Shown: positions 9,900-18,374, counted from the stretch's first letter. The stretch is 64,000 nt of DNA from an uncultured Candidatus Saccharibacteria bacterium (GCA_964585475.1 CAZPDF010000004.1:23169-87168); one strand, 5' to 3'. Translations and numbers: made by a program. Notes: a model not told the origin generated them from the letters alone.

Positions 9900-10990
9900 G
9901 CATGTCGTGGTTCAATAGCTTGGAATACCCCTCTGGTAAGATATGGGTATGCCATACACATCAAATCCGCGTATAGAGCGCGTCCGCATGGAAGCGGTGC
10001 GCATGGTTCAAAAAGGACATAGTACTCCGGAGGTTGCCCGTCATTTCGGGTATTCACAAAGCGCGATTGTAAAATGGGTAGGACGCGCCCGCTATCTTCC
10101 TCAAAACGCGCACCTCATTCCAACCAGGTCCTCGCGTCCGCACCATCATCCGAATGAGCTGTCATCCTATCTTGTGTCCGAGATTCTCCGGTACAGGGCA
10201 GAACGAAATCAATGCGCAGAGATTCTGTATCATCGGCTTCTGACTGACGGACTTCGGGTAAGCCTTTCCTCGGTAAAGCGGGTGCTGAAACGATTCGGGT
10301 GCAGCCGGTATTCTCAATGGAAGAAGTGGCACCAGTATCCTCCACGGCCGCTTCCGGAAATGCCCGGTATTCTCGTAGAAATTGATTCGGTGCATGAAGG
10401 ACCGCCGCAAGACAGAGTAAGCGCGTTTGCCCTCATTGACGTGCATTCCCGCTGGGGATATGCGGAGCCGACATGGAGGGCGACGAGTCGGGCTGCGGCG
10501 CGGTTCGTATCTCATGCCAAAGGAACTGCTCCATTCCCATTTCGCACTATTCAAACAGACCACGGTTCAGAATTTTCAAAGTGGTTTACCAAAGTAGTTG
10601 AACACCATGGCGTTTCTCATCGACATTCAAGAGTACGCACACCCACTGACAATGCCCATGTGGAAAGGTTTATTCAGACGTTGCAGAAAGAATGCCTGCA
10701 CCGGATACCTAAGAACTTCCGTGCTTGGCAGAAAGAAATCCCTGAATTCCTGAATTACTACAACACCGAGAGGCCGCATATGTCATTGCAGTATCAAACT
10801 CCGTTACAATACTTAAAAACTATTCCAAGCTATTGATTAGAGAACAGGGCATCACAGAGAAGGTAAACCGTACAATGATTAAGAGCCCATGGAAGACTAA
10901 ATACTAATTTTACCCAAGACGCGCGGATAGGTCAACTGTGCGCTTTAGATCACCCCGGGAGTACCAGATTTTGTCACATATTGCTTAACA
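9900..10990 (+). mobile_element. putative IS481-family insertion sequence (ends not resolved)
   Basis: Transposase ORF with short non-coding flanks; I could not find convincing terminal inverted repeats, so boundaries are approximate. Confidence 0.35.
9943..10836 (+). CDS. IS481-family transposase (DDE/rve integrase core)
   Basis: 297 aa; N-terminal HTH (HSTPEVARHFGYSQSAIVKW), rve-like core IQTDHGSEF.. and downstream conserved E; GC-richer than flanks. Confidence 0.8.
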   Translation: MGMPYTSNPRIERVRMEAVRMVQKGHSTPEVARHFGYSQSAIVKWVGRARYLPQNAHLIPTRSSRPHHHPNELSSYLVSEILRYRAERNQCAEILYHRLLTDGLRVSLSSVKRVLKRFGCSRYSQWKKWHQYPPRPLPEMPGILVEIDSVHEGPPQDRVSAFALIDVHSRWGYAEPTWRATSRAAARFVSHAKGTAPFPFRTIQTDHGSEFSKWFTKVVEHHGVSHRHSRVRTPTDNAHVERFIQTLQKECLHRIPKNFRAWQKEIPEFLNYYNTERPHMSLQYQTPLQYLKTIPSY

Positions 10991-11045
10991 CTATATTTTA
11001 TAATACGCTGATCTTGGATGATCTTTCCAAAACGAAGGGGCAGAC

Positions 11046-11417
11046 ATGAATCAAGAAAATACCGAATATCTATTCAAGAATTTTCCTTTTTTCCATCCCG
11101 AAACTCCGTTGACGGAATCTCTCATGGCATTCGGGTTTGAGTGCGGAGATGGTTGGTTTATCCTAATCAAAGAGCTATGCGAAAAGCTGAAGGCCCTAAA
11201 GCTCAAAGATTTTAGGGTGGTCCAGGTTAAAGAAAAATACGGGGGGCTCCGTTTCTATACCGGTTCAATTGAAACCAAAAAGGCCGACGAAGTATTCCGC
11301 CTCATAGAAGAAGCCGGGGGAAAAAGTTATACTATTTGTGAAGCATGCGGCCAACCGGGCCAACCGAATGAAGATGGTTGGATAGCAACTCTCTGTGAAA
11401 GTTGTAGAAAAAAATAA
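11046..11417 (+). CDS. small hypothetical protein with C-terminal CxxC...CxxC zinc-ribbon
   Basis: 123 aa; CEACG...CESCRKK; SD-like AAGGGG upstream; followed by strong terminator. Confidence 0.5.
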   Translation: MNQENTEYLFKNFPFFHPETPLTESLMAFGFECGDGWFILIKELCEKLKALKLKDFRVVQVKEKYGGLRFYTGSIETKKADEVFRLIEEAGGKSYTICEACGQPGQPNEDGWIATLCESCRKK

Positions 11418-11418
11418 C

Positions 11419-11440
11419 AGGCCACCGGGTGGCCTTTTTT
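11419..11440 (+). terminator. rho-independent terminator
   Basis: AGGCCACC/GGTGGCCT perfect hairpin followed by TTTTTT. Confidence 0.6.
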
Positions 11441-11473
11441 CTTACCACGCGGGTTCGGGCCATAACCGCTAAA

Positions 11474-11502
11474 TTGACAAAATACTTGTATGGCTGTATA
11501 AT
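11474..11502 (+). promoter_or_regulatory. sigma70-like promoter (TTGACA-17 nt-TATAAT)
   Basis: Consensus -35 TTGACA at 11474-11479 and consensus -10 TATAAT at 11497-11502 with 17 nt spacer, upstream of the 11585 CDS. Confidence 0.5.
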
Positions 11503-11584
11503 ATCCGGGACACACCGCTACGTTTGAAGTAGCGGCTGTGGGATGTTCTCTACAAAATCTCACTTGAGAAAGGGGGTGTACCCG

Positions 11585-13003
11585 ATGCTCTGGACCGTAG
11601 TATTTTCGGTTGTATCTGTTGCCGCGGCCGGCCTTCTCATCAAATTCCTGCTTGACCGATCAAGCCATCCGGCCGAGATCACGTGGCAGGAATTCGGCAT
11701 CGGCTTAGCCGTTGCCACGATCGTCATCTCCCCGCTGGTCGGCTGGGCAGGTTTCCGAGTGGCGCGTTCCAACAACGTCACCTTCACCGAATACTGGAAC
11801 GGTTGGGAACTTGAGGCAGTGAAGCAAGATATTTCCTGCACGCGTGACGGCTCCTGTAGCCGTACTTACGACTGCGATCCCTACCTCGTTCCGGTGTTCT
11901 ACCCATGCAACTGCGACGACAAGGGCAACTGCAGTACCTGCATGACGCTAGAAACCCGTTATCACTCTTGCCCCTACGCCACGGTGGAGTCAACCTATAC
12001 CATCCAGACGACGCTCGGCGACTACGAAATAGACGCTCACCGCTTTCCAGAAAACGCCCAGTCCCATCGCTGGCGCAAGTCCGTAGCAATCCCGCCGGGG
12101 CTTATCAGCCGGGTTGGCGAAGGCGCGCCGCCATTCTGGAGCGAGGCCAAAATCAGGATCGAGAGAAACGCTCCAGGTCCGGTTAGCACACGGAAGGACT
12201 ATGAGAACTATATTCTCGCGTCCGACCGCACGATCCTCAAGCAGTACTCAAGCGACATCGAGCGGCTCCGGCAGGCAAACCTCCTCCCGCCAATCGCATC
12301 CAGCATCCTCGATTTCTACCTTGCCGACAAAGTGGCATTTGTTGGATACAGGCCGGAGGATCCTGTTGCCTGGCAACGAGCGCTCCGCTACCTAAACGCC
12401 GCCCTCGGCTCCGAACTTCAAGGCGATCTCCATCTCGTGATCGTCGGCGATCCTTCTGCCAACCAGAATCCAGACGTTTATGCTCTGGCCCTCCGGGCAT
12501 ACTGGCAGAACCGCTCGGTCTTCGAGAAAAACTGCCTTGCCAAAAACGGCATAGTCGTAGTCGTTGGCACCGCCGACAACAAAACCACGTCCTGGGCGCG
12601 GGCCTTCACCGGCATGCCAATGGGAAATGAGGCGCTAACGGTTGCCATCCGAAATGAACTCAAGGCACAGCCGCTTACGCCCGAGCGCATCTTAGGAGGG
12701 GTGCGCGGAGAGTTTCGTTTAAGCAACGGCAAAAAGGATGTACAAGGACTCCACGGGAAAGGCGCAATCGAGCGCATCCTCTGGGGCCTTGATGAACCCG
12801 CCACAAAGTTTACCCGTATCAGCATGCGGGCGGACGATCCCGGCGGAGTCGGAAGCGGATATCTCTATCTCTTGGGAGAGGTAGAGCTCACCTCCAAGCA
12901 ACTGGCCGCCATCGCCTTTCTCGAATTTCTGGCATCGCTCGGCGTATGGCTTGCCGCGGCGCTCATCGGAGAACGCCGCAAACGCTCCCGGGCAGGAAAC
13001 TGA
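11585..13003 (+). CDS. hypothetical multi-pass membrane protein with Cys-rich extracytoplasmic segment
   Basis: ORF open from 11543; AAGGGGG SD 8 nt before ATG 11585 (MLWTVVFSVV..); TM helices at both ends; CTRDGSCSRTYDCDPY..CNCDDKGNCSTC cluster; high GC. Confidence 0.5.
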   Translation: MLWTVVFSVVSVAAAGLLIKFLLDRSSHPAEITWQEFGIGLAVATIVISPLVGWAGFRVARSNNVTFTEYWNGWELEAVKQDISCTRDGSCSRTYDCDPYLVPVFYPCNCDDKGNCSTCMTLETRYHSCPYATVESTYTIQTTLGDYEIDAHRFPENAQSHRWRKSVAIPPGLISRVGEGAPPFWSEAKIRIERNAPGPVSTRKDYENYILASDRTILKQYSSDIERLRQANLLPPIASSILDFYLADKVAFVGYRPEDPVAWQRALRYLNAALGSELQGDLHLVIVGDPSANQNPDVYALALRAYWQNRSVFEKNCLAKNGIVVVVGTADNKTTSWARAFTGMPMGNEALTVAIRNELKAQPLTPERILGGVRGEFRLSNGKKDVQGLHGKGAIERILWGLDEPATKFTRISMRADDPGGVGSGYLYLLGEVELTSKQLAAIAFLEFLASLGVWLAAALIGERRKRSRAGN

Positions 13004-13052
13004 TTCAGTCGCCTGCAGTTAACGCTTCGGGTCCTTGAAAGGAGAGTTCGCC

Positions 13053-13688
13053 GTGAAGAAGAATCTCATCATCGCTCTCGTGGTAATCATGGCTCTGGTC
13101 GTAGCCAGTTTCAGTTTATACGGCTACCTCAACGGCCTCCGCACGGAGTCGGTTCACCAGGAGACGGCGCTGAACGCCCAGTACCTGGCGAACCAGAACT
13201 ACCTCTCGGCTTTCCTCTCCGGCTTCTATGAGCAGCTCGGCATCGCGAAGTACAAGTCCGAGAAGCTCAACGAGATCATCACGGACTACGTGAAGGGACG
13301 CAGCTTCGCCCAAGGCGGCAAGTCGGAACGAGCCGGGTTCATCAACGTAGTCGTCGAGGCGGTTCCCAACATCGGGAAGCTAGATATCCTCGACAAGATG
13401 ATGGACTACGTTGCCGCCCAACGCGAGGGGTATCGCGCCGCGCAGGACAAACAGCTCGACATGCTCCGCCACTACGATGACTGGCGCCAGGACGGCTACG
13501 TGCAGTCCTTCGTGGTCGCCAAGATCATAGGAGTCCCGACAAGGCGCCTCCAAGCCAGTATCGGCATCGAGTTGACGCGCGGGGCGGAAGCGCGGGAGCA
13601 GATGTACCGCATCGTCCTCGCCTCCCAAGCACGTGATGCCTATCGGACAGGCACCATGGAGCCGCTGAACGTCCCGACGAAACCCTAG
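13053..13688 (+). CDS. hypothetical membrane-anchored protein
   Basis: ORF-track start 13035 is a TTG; AAAGGAGAG SD precedes GTG 13053 (VKKNLIIALVVIMALVV..); single N-terminal TM; high GC. Confidence 0.45.
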   Translation: MKKNLIIALVVIMALVVASFSLYGYLNGLRTESVHQETALNAQYLANQNYLSAFLSGFYEQLGIAKYKSEKLNEIITDYVKGRSFAQGGKSERAGFINVVVEAVPNIGKLDILDKMMDYVAAQREGYRAAQDKQLDMLRHYDDWRQDGYVQSFVVAKIIGVPTRRLQASIGIELTRGAEAREQMYRIVLASQARDAYRTGTMEPLNVPTKP

Positions 13689-13709
13689 TCATCAGGTCCG
13701 AAACAACTT

Positions 13710-13747
13710 GAGCCGCCGTGCGCAATGCCGGCGGCTCGTTTATTTTT
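13710..13747 (+). terminator. rho-independent terminator
   Basis: GAGCCGCCG...CGGCGGCTC hairpin followed by GTTTATTTTT. Confidence 0.5.
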
Positions 13748-13908
13748 ATGTAAATTAAATTGCCTTTGAACTAGTTTAGAACCTATCTCAAAAATTCCAA
13801 AAAGTAGTTCCTGAGCTTGTCGAAGGATTACTTTTTGGCTTACTCATGGGGTATGCCTTCGACAAGCTCAGGCAATAATTGAACTTTGAGATGACCTCTA
13901 ATCTGATT

Positions 13909-14802
13909 CTAATCAAAAATAGATACAAGATACTTATCAATTTCGCGCTGCTCAAGATCGTAGAAAAATTTACCCTCATTATGCAATTTCTCTGCCAAAC
14001 TTCTCCCGACAAATCTCCAATGCCACGGCTCAAATCGGTAATAGGCGTTATTTTTCGGATACGAGAGTATAAAACCATATTTATACGCCTCCGCCGCAAG
14101 CCATTGAAAGGTCTGCGTTTTTTCAAAAGCTGAAAAATTAGCTCCCAATTTCGCAGTTGTAAAATCCACGGTCGTGCCTAGCTGATGTTCGGAATACCCC
14201 TGATCCGCCGAAAATTTATTTGCAGTGCCCGCCCCGTAAACCACGGTGTAGGATGATTTTAATTCGGACTGCGTTCCGAACGATCGGTATGCTGAAATTA
14301 TTCGGATATCAACATTGCTTGAAGTTGCGACATCCAATAAAATTTTTAAGAAAGGCTCGATACCCCCGTGCATTAGCATCTCCTTTTTGGGGTCAAAAGT
14401 ATATTTTGGATCAATCGGCGTAAGTTTGGGCGGAATGTAATGCTCGTTAAGAAAATATACTTTTGAATATTTTTGCAGGAGTTGCGGGTCCGTTTTGCTA
14501 AGTTTAACCAGCGTCCCGACGTTGCCCGCGATGTCTTTGACCTGTGCTGCGAAAGTGTCCACCCTGTATTTCTCGTCCAGAAGTTGAAGTTCAAGGGTCT
14601 CCCTCGCTTTTTTGGTACTCGCAAGCTCCTGCCGTAGAAACCCAACCGCCTTTTGGTTGCTCTCGAGGAACTCTTTCTCAAGCGACAATCCATACTGCGT
14701 GAAGAGATAATAATGATATCCTAAAATCGAAAAGCCGCCCATACATAATATAAGGATGGACAGAATCAAGCGCATTCTTATATGTATACGTGGCGCTTTC
14801 AT
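13909..14802 (-). CDS. D-Ala-D-Ala carboxypeptidase, VanY/M15B peptidase family
   Basis: 297 aa; N-terminal TM; SAYRSF..Q; SEHQLGTTVDF; FEPWHWRFVG motifs typical of VanY/M15B. Confidence 0.7.
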   Translation of the reverse strand: MKAPRIHIRMRLILSILILCMGGFSILGYHYYLFTQYGLSLEKEFLESNQKAVGFLRQELASTKKARETLELQLLDEKYRVDTFAAQVKDIAGNVGTLVKLSKTDPQLLQKYSKVYFLNEHYIPPKLTPIDPKYTFDPKKEMLMHGGIEPFLKILLDVATSSNVDIRIISAYRSFGTQSELKSSYTVVYGAGTANKFSADQGYSEHQLGTTVDFTTAKLGANFSAFEKTQTFQWLAAEAYKYGFILSYPKNNAYYRFEPWHWRFVGRSLAEKLHNEGKFFYDLEQREIDKYLVSIFD

Positions 14803-15029
14803 GTCGTGAAATTCTCGATTTCAAGCACTTTCAACCGAGATGTAGATCCGGATAAAATCCGCATCGCCGATTTTGGGACGCCAAAATACTCGCTAACCGC
14901 TTCCAACACCGCCATATTTGCCCTTCCCTCCCTAGGCGGTTCTTTAACCCATATCTCCAAATGCGTGCCGTCAACTTTTTTAATTTTCCGTTCTCTTGCG
15001 CCGGGTTTTACCTTAATGAAGAGTTTCAT
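14799..15029 (-). CDS. DUF167 / YggU-family small protein
   Basis: 76 aa; KVKPGA...EGRANMAVLEAVSEYFGVPKS..RILSGSTSRLKVL matches YggU pattern. Confidence 0.6.
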   Translation of the reverse strand: MKLFIKVKPGARERKIKKVDGTHLEIWVKEPPREGRANMAVLEAVSEYFGVPKSAMRILSGSTSRLKVLEIENFTT

Positions 15030-15092
15030 AGACCCCTAATAAAATCATGTTAGCATGGACACAAAAAAATCTTAAATCGAAATCAAACTGAT

Positions 15093-15118
15093 AAAAAATA
15101 GCACAAGCCGTGCTATTT
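15093..15118 (-). terminator. rho-independent terminator (hairpin AAAAATAGCAC..GTGCTATTT)
   Basis: 10-bp stem flanked by A- and T-tracts downstream of the 15152-16369 gene; same stem sequence recurs at 18186-18212. Confidence 0.5.
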
Positions 15119-15151
15119 GATCAATACCACGTTTAGCTACTCCATATCTCC

Positions 15152-16369
15152 CTAATTCATCTTTCGTATGACGGAGAGCGCCGTATCGTGGAGCATTTTT
15201 GATACGTTGCTTAGCATCTCAAGAGTTTGCCGCTGCTGCTGAAGCTTATTTTGAAGGTCAATATTCGCAAGCTGGGCGTCGTCCCCGACACTGCTTAATT
15301 TAACCTGTGTCTGCATGGTTTGTTTAACGCCTTCAGTCCCTTTTTCAACGCTCTTCTGAATATCGGGTACGCTTAGGGGGTTCTTGAATAAGAAGCGAAA
15401 CCAGGGGTATTTAACCTTAACCCTTGATTCCGAATCAACTTCTATACGCGCGGTAAGCGATGAATTGAATATACCAAGAAACTTTGCCGGCATCCTATAA
15501 TTCAACCGCACCCCTTCCTCGCCTATGACGACTGATTCCGCATTCTCGTCTTGCAGGAGCACTCCGCGGGCGAAATTTTCAAGATCCTGTGAGGATTTGG
15601 CTTGAGCGTGCTCCTTTATGCTTTCGAGGAACTCCTTTTTCTTTTCCGGATCCCAACCGCGCACCTCAACCGATTTAACTTGAATGATTGTGCTCAGACG
15701 CGGCTCAAAATTTTTCAAATTATCCTCGCTCTCGCCCCCGGGCGCAATAATGCCGCCGCCGGTTGACCCTCCGGTGGCAGGGGGCACGCAAATCCATTTG
15801 CCGTCTCGGCATTCGGGAGTATTCGGAACTTCGCAGGCCGGCGCTATGTTGCCGGGGCAGGCCGCTCCGCGCGCCGCTCCGCCCGCGCCGCATGAGCGAA
15901 TACAGGCCTCATATCCTGCCGAACCACTGCCGCCATATTGATCCCGGCACCTCGCTTGGCATGCCGCTAAGGTAGACACCGCTGGCTCCAGTTCTCGCGC
16001 CGTTTCACCTCCGCTGGTTTCTGTGGTACCGGAAACCGGAGCCCGCCGTATAAAATCCAGATTGGATTGGTTATTTTGATAAATAGAATCTGCTTCGTTA
16101 GCAGGCGTAGGCGCCCATTGGATAACTCTGTTGGATTCTTTGCCGCAGGCCCAGTGGTCTCCGCCGATAGGATTGCACATCATCGTATAACCGGACGGGC
16201 AGGAAAGAGCGGGCTTGGGCTGAGAGTCGCAATTTGTCCTAAGATCGGCCGTGTTTACGTACGATTTGACCGCCTCCGCCTGAAATTCCATGGTGTCCAG
16301 AGTTTGTCCGAAAACCGGATATACTGCAGCGGCAAGAAGAATAAACGTTATAATGCAAGTATTTTTCAT
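15152..16369 (-). CDS. secreted Cys-rich hypothetical protein
   Basis: 405 aa; signal peptide MKNTCIITFILLAAAVYPVFGQ; many Cys in N-terminal half; Gly-rich linker; no recognisable domain. Confidence 0.5.
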   Translation of the reverse strand: MKNTCIITFILLAAAVYPVFGQTLDTMEFQAEAVKSYVNTADLRTNCDSQPKPALSCPSGYTMMCNPIGGDHWACGKESNRVIQWAPTPANEADSIYQNNQSNLDFIRRAPVSGTTETSGGETARELEPAVSTLAACQARCRDQYGGSGSAGYEACIRSCGAGGAARGAACPGNIAPACEVPNTPECRDGKWICVPPATGGSTGGGIIAPGGESEDNLKNFEPRLSTIIQVKSVEVRGWDPEKKKEFLESIKEHAQAKSSQDLENFARGVLLQDENAESVVIGEEGVRLNYRMPAKFLGIFNSSLTARIEVDSESRVKVKYPWFRFLFKNPLSVPDIQKSVEKGTEGVKQTMQTQVKLSSVGDDAQLANIDLQNKLQQQRQTLEMLSNVSKMLHDTALSVIRKMN

Positions 16370-16448
16370 AAATTGAATGTAGACGAATTATCCATACTCA
16401 ACTATATACTTAAAACGTCAATAAGTAAACTTATTTTACAACATACCA

Positions 16449-16473
16449 ACATTCTCAAGTTTGTAAGGATGTT
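16449..16473. promoter_or_regulatory. operator-like motif copy 2 (ACATTCTCAAGTTTGTAAGGATGTT)
   Basis: 25/25 identical to 16786-16810; lies in promoter region of the 15152-16369 gene, immediately 3' of the ArsR-like gene. Confidence 0.4.
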
Positions 16474-16474
16474 G

Positions 16475-16759
16475 TTATATACGTTGGAATGATTTAAGAA
16501 AGCTGACAAATGTTTTGCCGTATGGCGAAAGAGTGTGCTCCACGAATTTACCGCGGTATTTTTTATTGATAAGCCCAGCCTGATAGAGGCGTCTCGTATG
16601 CTCGCCCAAGGTTTTCTCATTTGCCTCTAGCGCCTTGACGATATCCTCAAGGGTTATGCCCTCGCTCTCCGCAATCAAAAGCAATATCTCAATGCGGTAA
16701 TGATTTGCCATACCCTTGAGGTGCCGCTCCATTTGTTTTGCCGTCTTCACTTTCCCCAT
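16475..16759 (-). CDS. ArsR/SmtB-family winged-helix transcriptional regulator
   Basis: ORF opens at a GTG (16774); first ATG at 16759 gives MGKVKTAKQMERHLKGMANHYRIEILLL...GEHTRRLYQAGLI, an ArsR-like HTH. Confidence 0.65.
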   Translation of the reverse strand: MGKVKTAKQMERHLKGMANHYRIEILLLIAESEGITLEDIVKALEANEKTLGEHTRRLYQAGLINKKYRGKFVEHTLSPYGKTFVSFLKSFQRI

Positions 16760-16778
16760 ATTTACATTATGCACATAA

Positions 16779-16810
16779 CATCCTTACATTCTCAAGTTTG
16801 TAAGGATGTT
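16779..16810. promoter_or_regulatory. palindromic operator-like site (CATCCTTACA-N10-TGTAAGGATG) upstream of the ArsR-like gene
   Basis: Perfect 10-bp inverted arms at 16779-16788 and 16799-16808; 20 bp upstream of regulator ATG; overlaps 3' end of the PCD gene. Confidence 0.4.
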
Positions 16811-17128
16811 TATTTTGGCGGCTAAGATAAAGTCATTCTCAGAGAGGCCGCCGATAGCATGAGTCCAGGATTCGAGCACCACGCAATTGTAGAAAATGTG
16901 GAAATCCGGATGATGCCCTTCCTCCTCTGCCAATTCCGCGACTTTACCCACAAAGACAATTGCTTCTTTAAAACTTTTAAATTTAAATTCTCTTTTTATC
17001 TTTTTCCCATCCTCCATAATCTCCCAGCCGGGGGTTTCTTTGAGATAGTCCCCTGCCTGCATTTTGTTCAGAGGCGGAACTCCGCCCTCACAAGGAACGC
17101 ATTTTTTTTGGATAAGACCGTGGCCCAT
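16784..17128 (-). CDS. pterin-4a-carbinolamine dehydratase (PCD/DCoH family)
   Basis: Internal ATG at 17128 gives 114 aa; EEEGHHPDFHIFYNCVVLESWTH matches the PCD signature; the longer 188-aa N-extension is low-complexity and unlikely. Confidence 0.7.
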   Translation of the reverse strand: MGHGLIQKKCVPCEGGVPPLNKMQAGDYLKETPGWEIMEDGKKIKREFKFKSFKEAIVFVGKVAELAEEEGHHPDFHIFYNCVVLESWTHAIGGLSENDFILAAKINILTNLRM

Positions 17129-17129
17129 A

Positions 17130-17558
17130 ATGCTTGATCTTAGATTGAATACACCTGAATTATGCACTAAAACATTGACAGGACAAGGCGGATTTACAGA
17201 CAAGATATATAGTGGTATACTGAATGAAATAAGAACTACTATGGAAGGCAGAAGAGAAAAAATTGAACCGGTTATGGAAGGAAAGGTTGCAAAAATGCGA
17301 ATTCCTGATGCCGACATGCAGGGCTGGATTGAGTCACTGCGCGAAGGCAACTTGGATGATAGGGAAATTGACGAAATCCTCTCTCATCTGAATCCTACAT
17401 ATAAAGAGCAAAACTTTTCTCCGCGCATGAAAGAGTCGCTCAAGGAATTCGTAACCCTGATCGAAGAATCAGCCGGCAGAAAACTTACTCCCGAGGAGCG
17501 GACCAAAATTGTAGAAAAGCTAAAATCGTCCTGGCACCAGTCCACCCAGGAACACTGA
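17130..17558 (+). CDS. hypothetical protein (start uncertain; alternative ATG at 17241)
   Basis: Acidic ORF (..MEGRREKIEPVMEGKVAKMRIPDADMQGWIESLREGNLDDREIDEIL..); no domain recognised. Confidence 0.3.
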   Translation: MLDLRLNTPELCTKTLTGQGGFTDKIYSGILNEIRTTMEGRREKIEPVMEGKVAKMRIPDADMQGWIESLREGNLDDREIDEILSHLNPTYKEQNFSPRMKESLKEFVTLIEESAGRKLTPEERTKIVEKLKSSWHQSTQEH

Positions 17559-17714
17559 ACGACCATTTTCTTTATTTTTCCGATTAAAAAGCATGGCTTG
17601 AGCGACGCTTTTTTTCAGCTCCGGCGGCAGGATTTTCGCTGTATAAAAAATACCGCAGGCGCTGGACCGTGCGATTTGATTTTGCCGATAAAACTCTCTT
17701 TGTTAATAATGGTA

Positions 17715-18155
17715 TTATCTTTGTTGCTCCTTCTGAATGTACTCGGGCCGCATATCCGAAGCATCAACAGTGAGTTTTGAAATATGATTTATTTTTCCCC
17801 ACTGAATTTTGATTTGCCCTGGATCAAACCCTTTTTCTTTCAAAACTTGCAGTAAGTGATGCCGCTGGTTTTCTGTATAAGCAACTAGGCCTTCTGAAGC
17901 ATTCGCCCACACGTGACTACCGCAGATGAAAACTTGTATATCTCCACGGTTGTCAAACTCTTTCAAAGCGGCATCAAGGAATTCAGTTAGTATAGGATCA
18001 CGTGTATTCTGTAAATGAGCAGGAAAGCAAGGACTTTTGTCTAATCTGTAGCAAGCAACCGCGATGCATGAATCTAGCCAACCTGAAGTTATCTTCTCTA
18101 GTCCTTCTATACGATCGTAACGATTCACCCCAACCTGGATTAAGGATTGAACCAT
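17715..18155 (-). CDS. hypothetical protein
   Basis: 146 aa; no confident domain (weak CheD-like GWLDSCIAVACY). Confidence 0.35.
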   Translation of the reverse strand: MVQSLIQVGVNRYDRIEGLEKITSGWLDSCIAVACYRLDKSPCFPAHLQNTRDPILTEFLDAALKEFDNRGDIQVFICGSHVWANASEGLVAYTENQRHHLLQVLKEKGFDPGQIKIQWGKINHISKLTVDASDMRPEYIQKEQQR

Positions 18156-18185
18156 TTGTGGCTCCAGACTTAATTAAGACTAAAC

Positions 18186-18212
18186 CAAAAATAGCACGAG
18201 GTGTGCTATTTT
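18186..18212 (-). terminator. rho-independent terminator (AAAAATAGCAC..GTGCTATTTT)
   Basis: 10-bp stem with T-tract on minus strand directly downstream of the tRNA pair. Confidence 0.5.
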
Positions 18213-18220
18213 GTCAAAAA

Positions 18221-18281
18221 CTCCCCGGGTAGGGATCGAACCTACGACCGTCGCCTTAACAGGGCGCCGCTCTTCCGGGGC
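18221..18281 (-). pseudogene. tRNA-Asn(GTT)-like, 61 nt, lacks D-arm (probable tRNA pseudogene or fragment)
   Basis: Acceptor GCCCCGG/CCGGGGA, anticodon loop CTGTTAA, T-arm GGTTCGATCCC present; ~11 nt of D-stem/D-loop absent relative to the neighbouring tRNA-Asn. Confidence 0.45.
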
Positions 18282-18302
18282 AACTTTCGTTTCGATTCAA
18301 AC

Positions 18303-18374
18303 CTCCGGCGGCAGGATTCGAACCTGCGACCATCTCCTTAACAGGGAGCCGCTCTACCGCTGAGCTACGCCGGA
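18303..18374 (-). tRNA. tRNA-Asn (anticodon GTT)
   Basis: Manual fold: acceptor TCCGGCG/CGCCGGA; D-arm TAGCTCAGCGGTAGAGC; anticodon loop CTGTTAA; T-arm GCAGGTTCGAATCCTGC; no encoded CCA. Confidence 0.8.

Noticed and set aside
9870-10990. Terminal inverted repeats of the IS481 element
   Set aside because: Compared both flanks (TTATGACACTTT vs TGTGACAAAAT region). Only about 6 bp are shared, which is not convincing, so IS ends are left undefined.
13035-13688. Assigning the 217-aa protein to the LemA family
   Set aside because: Only the N-terminal TM topology resembles LemA; the conserved LemA core motifs seen in the true lemA at 23020-23580 are absent.
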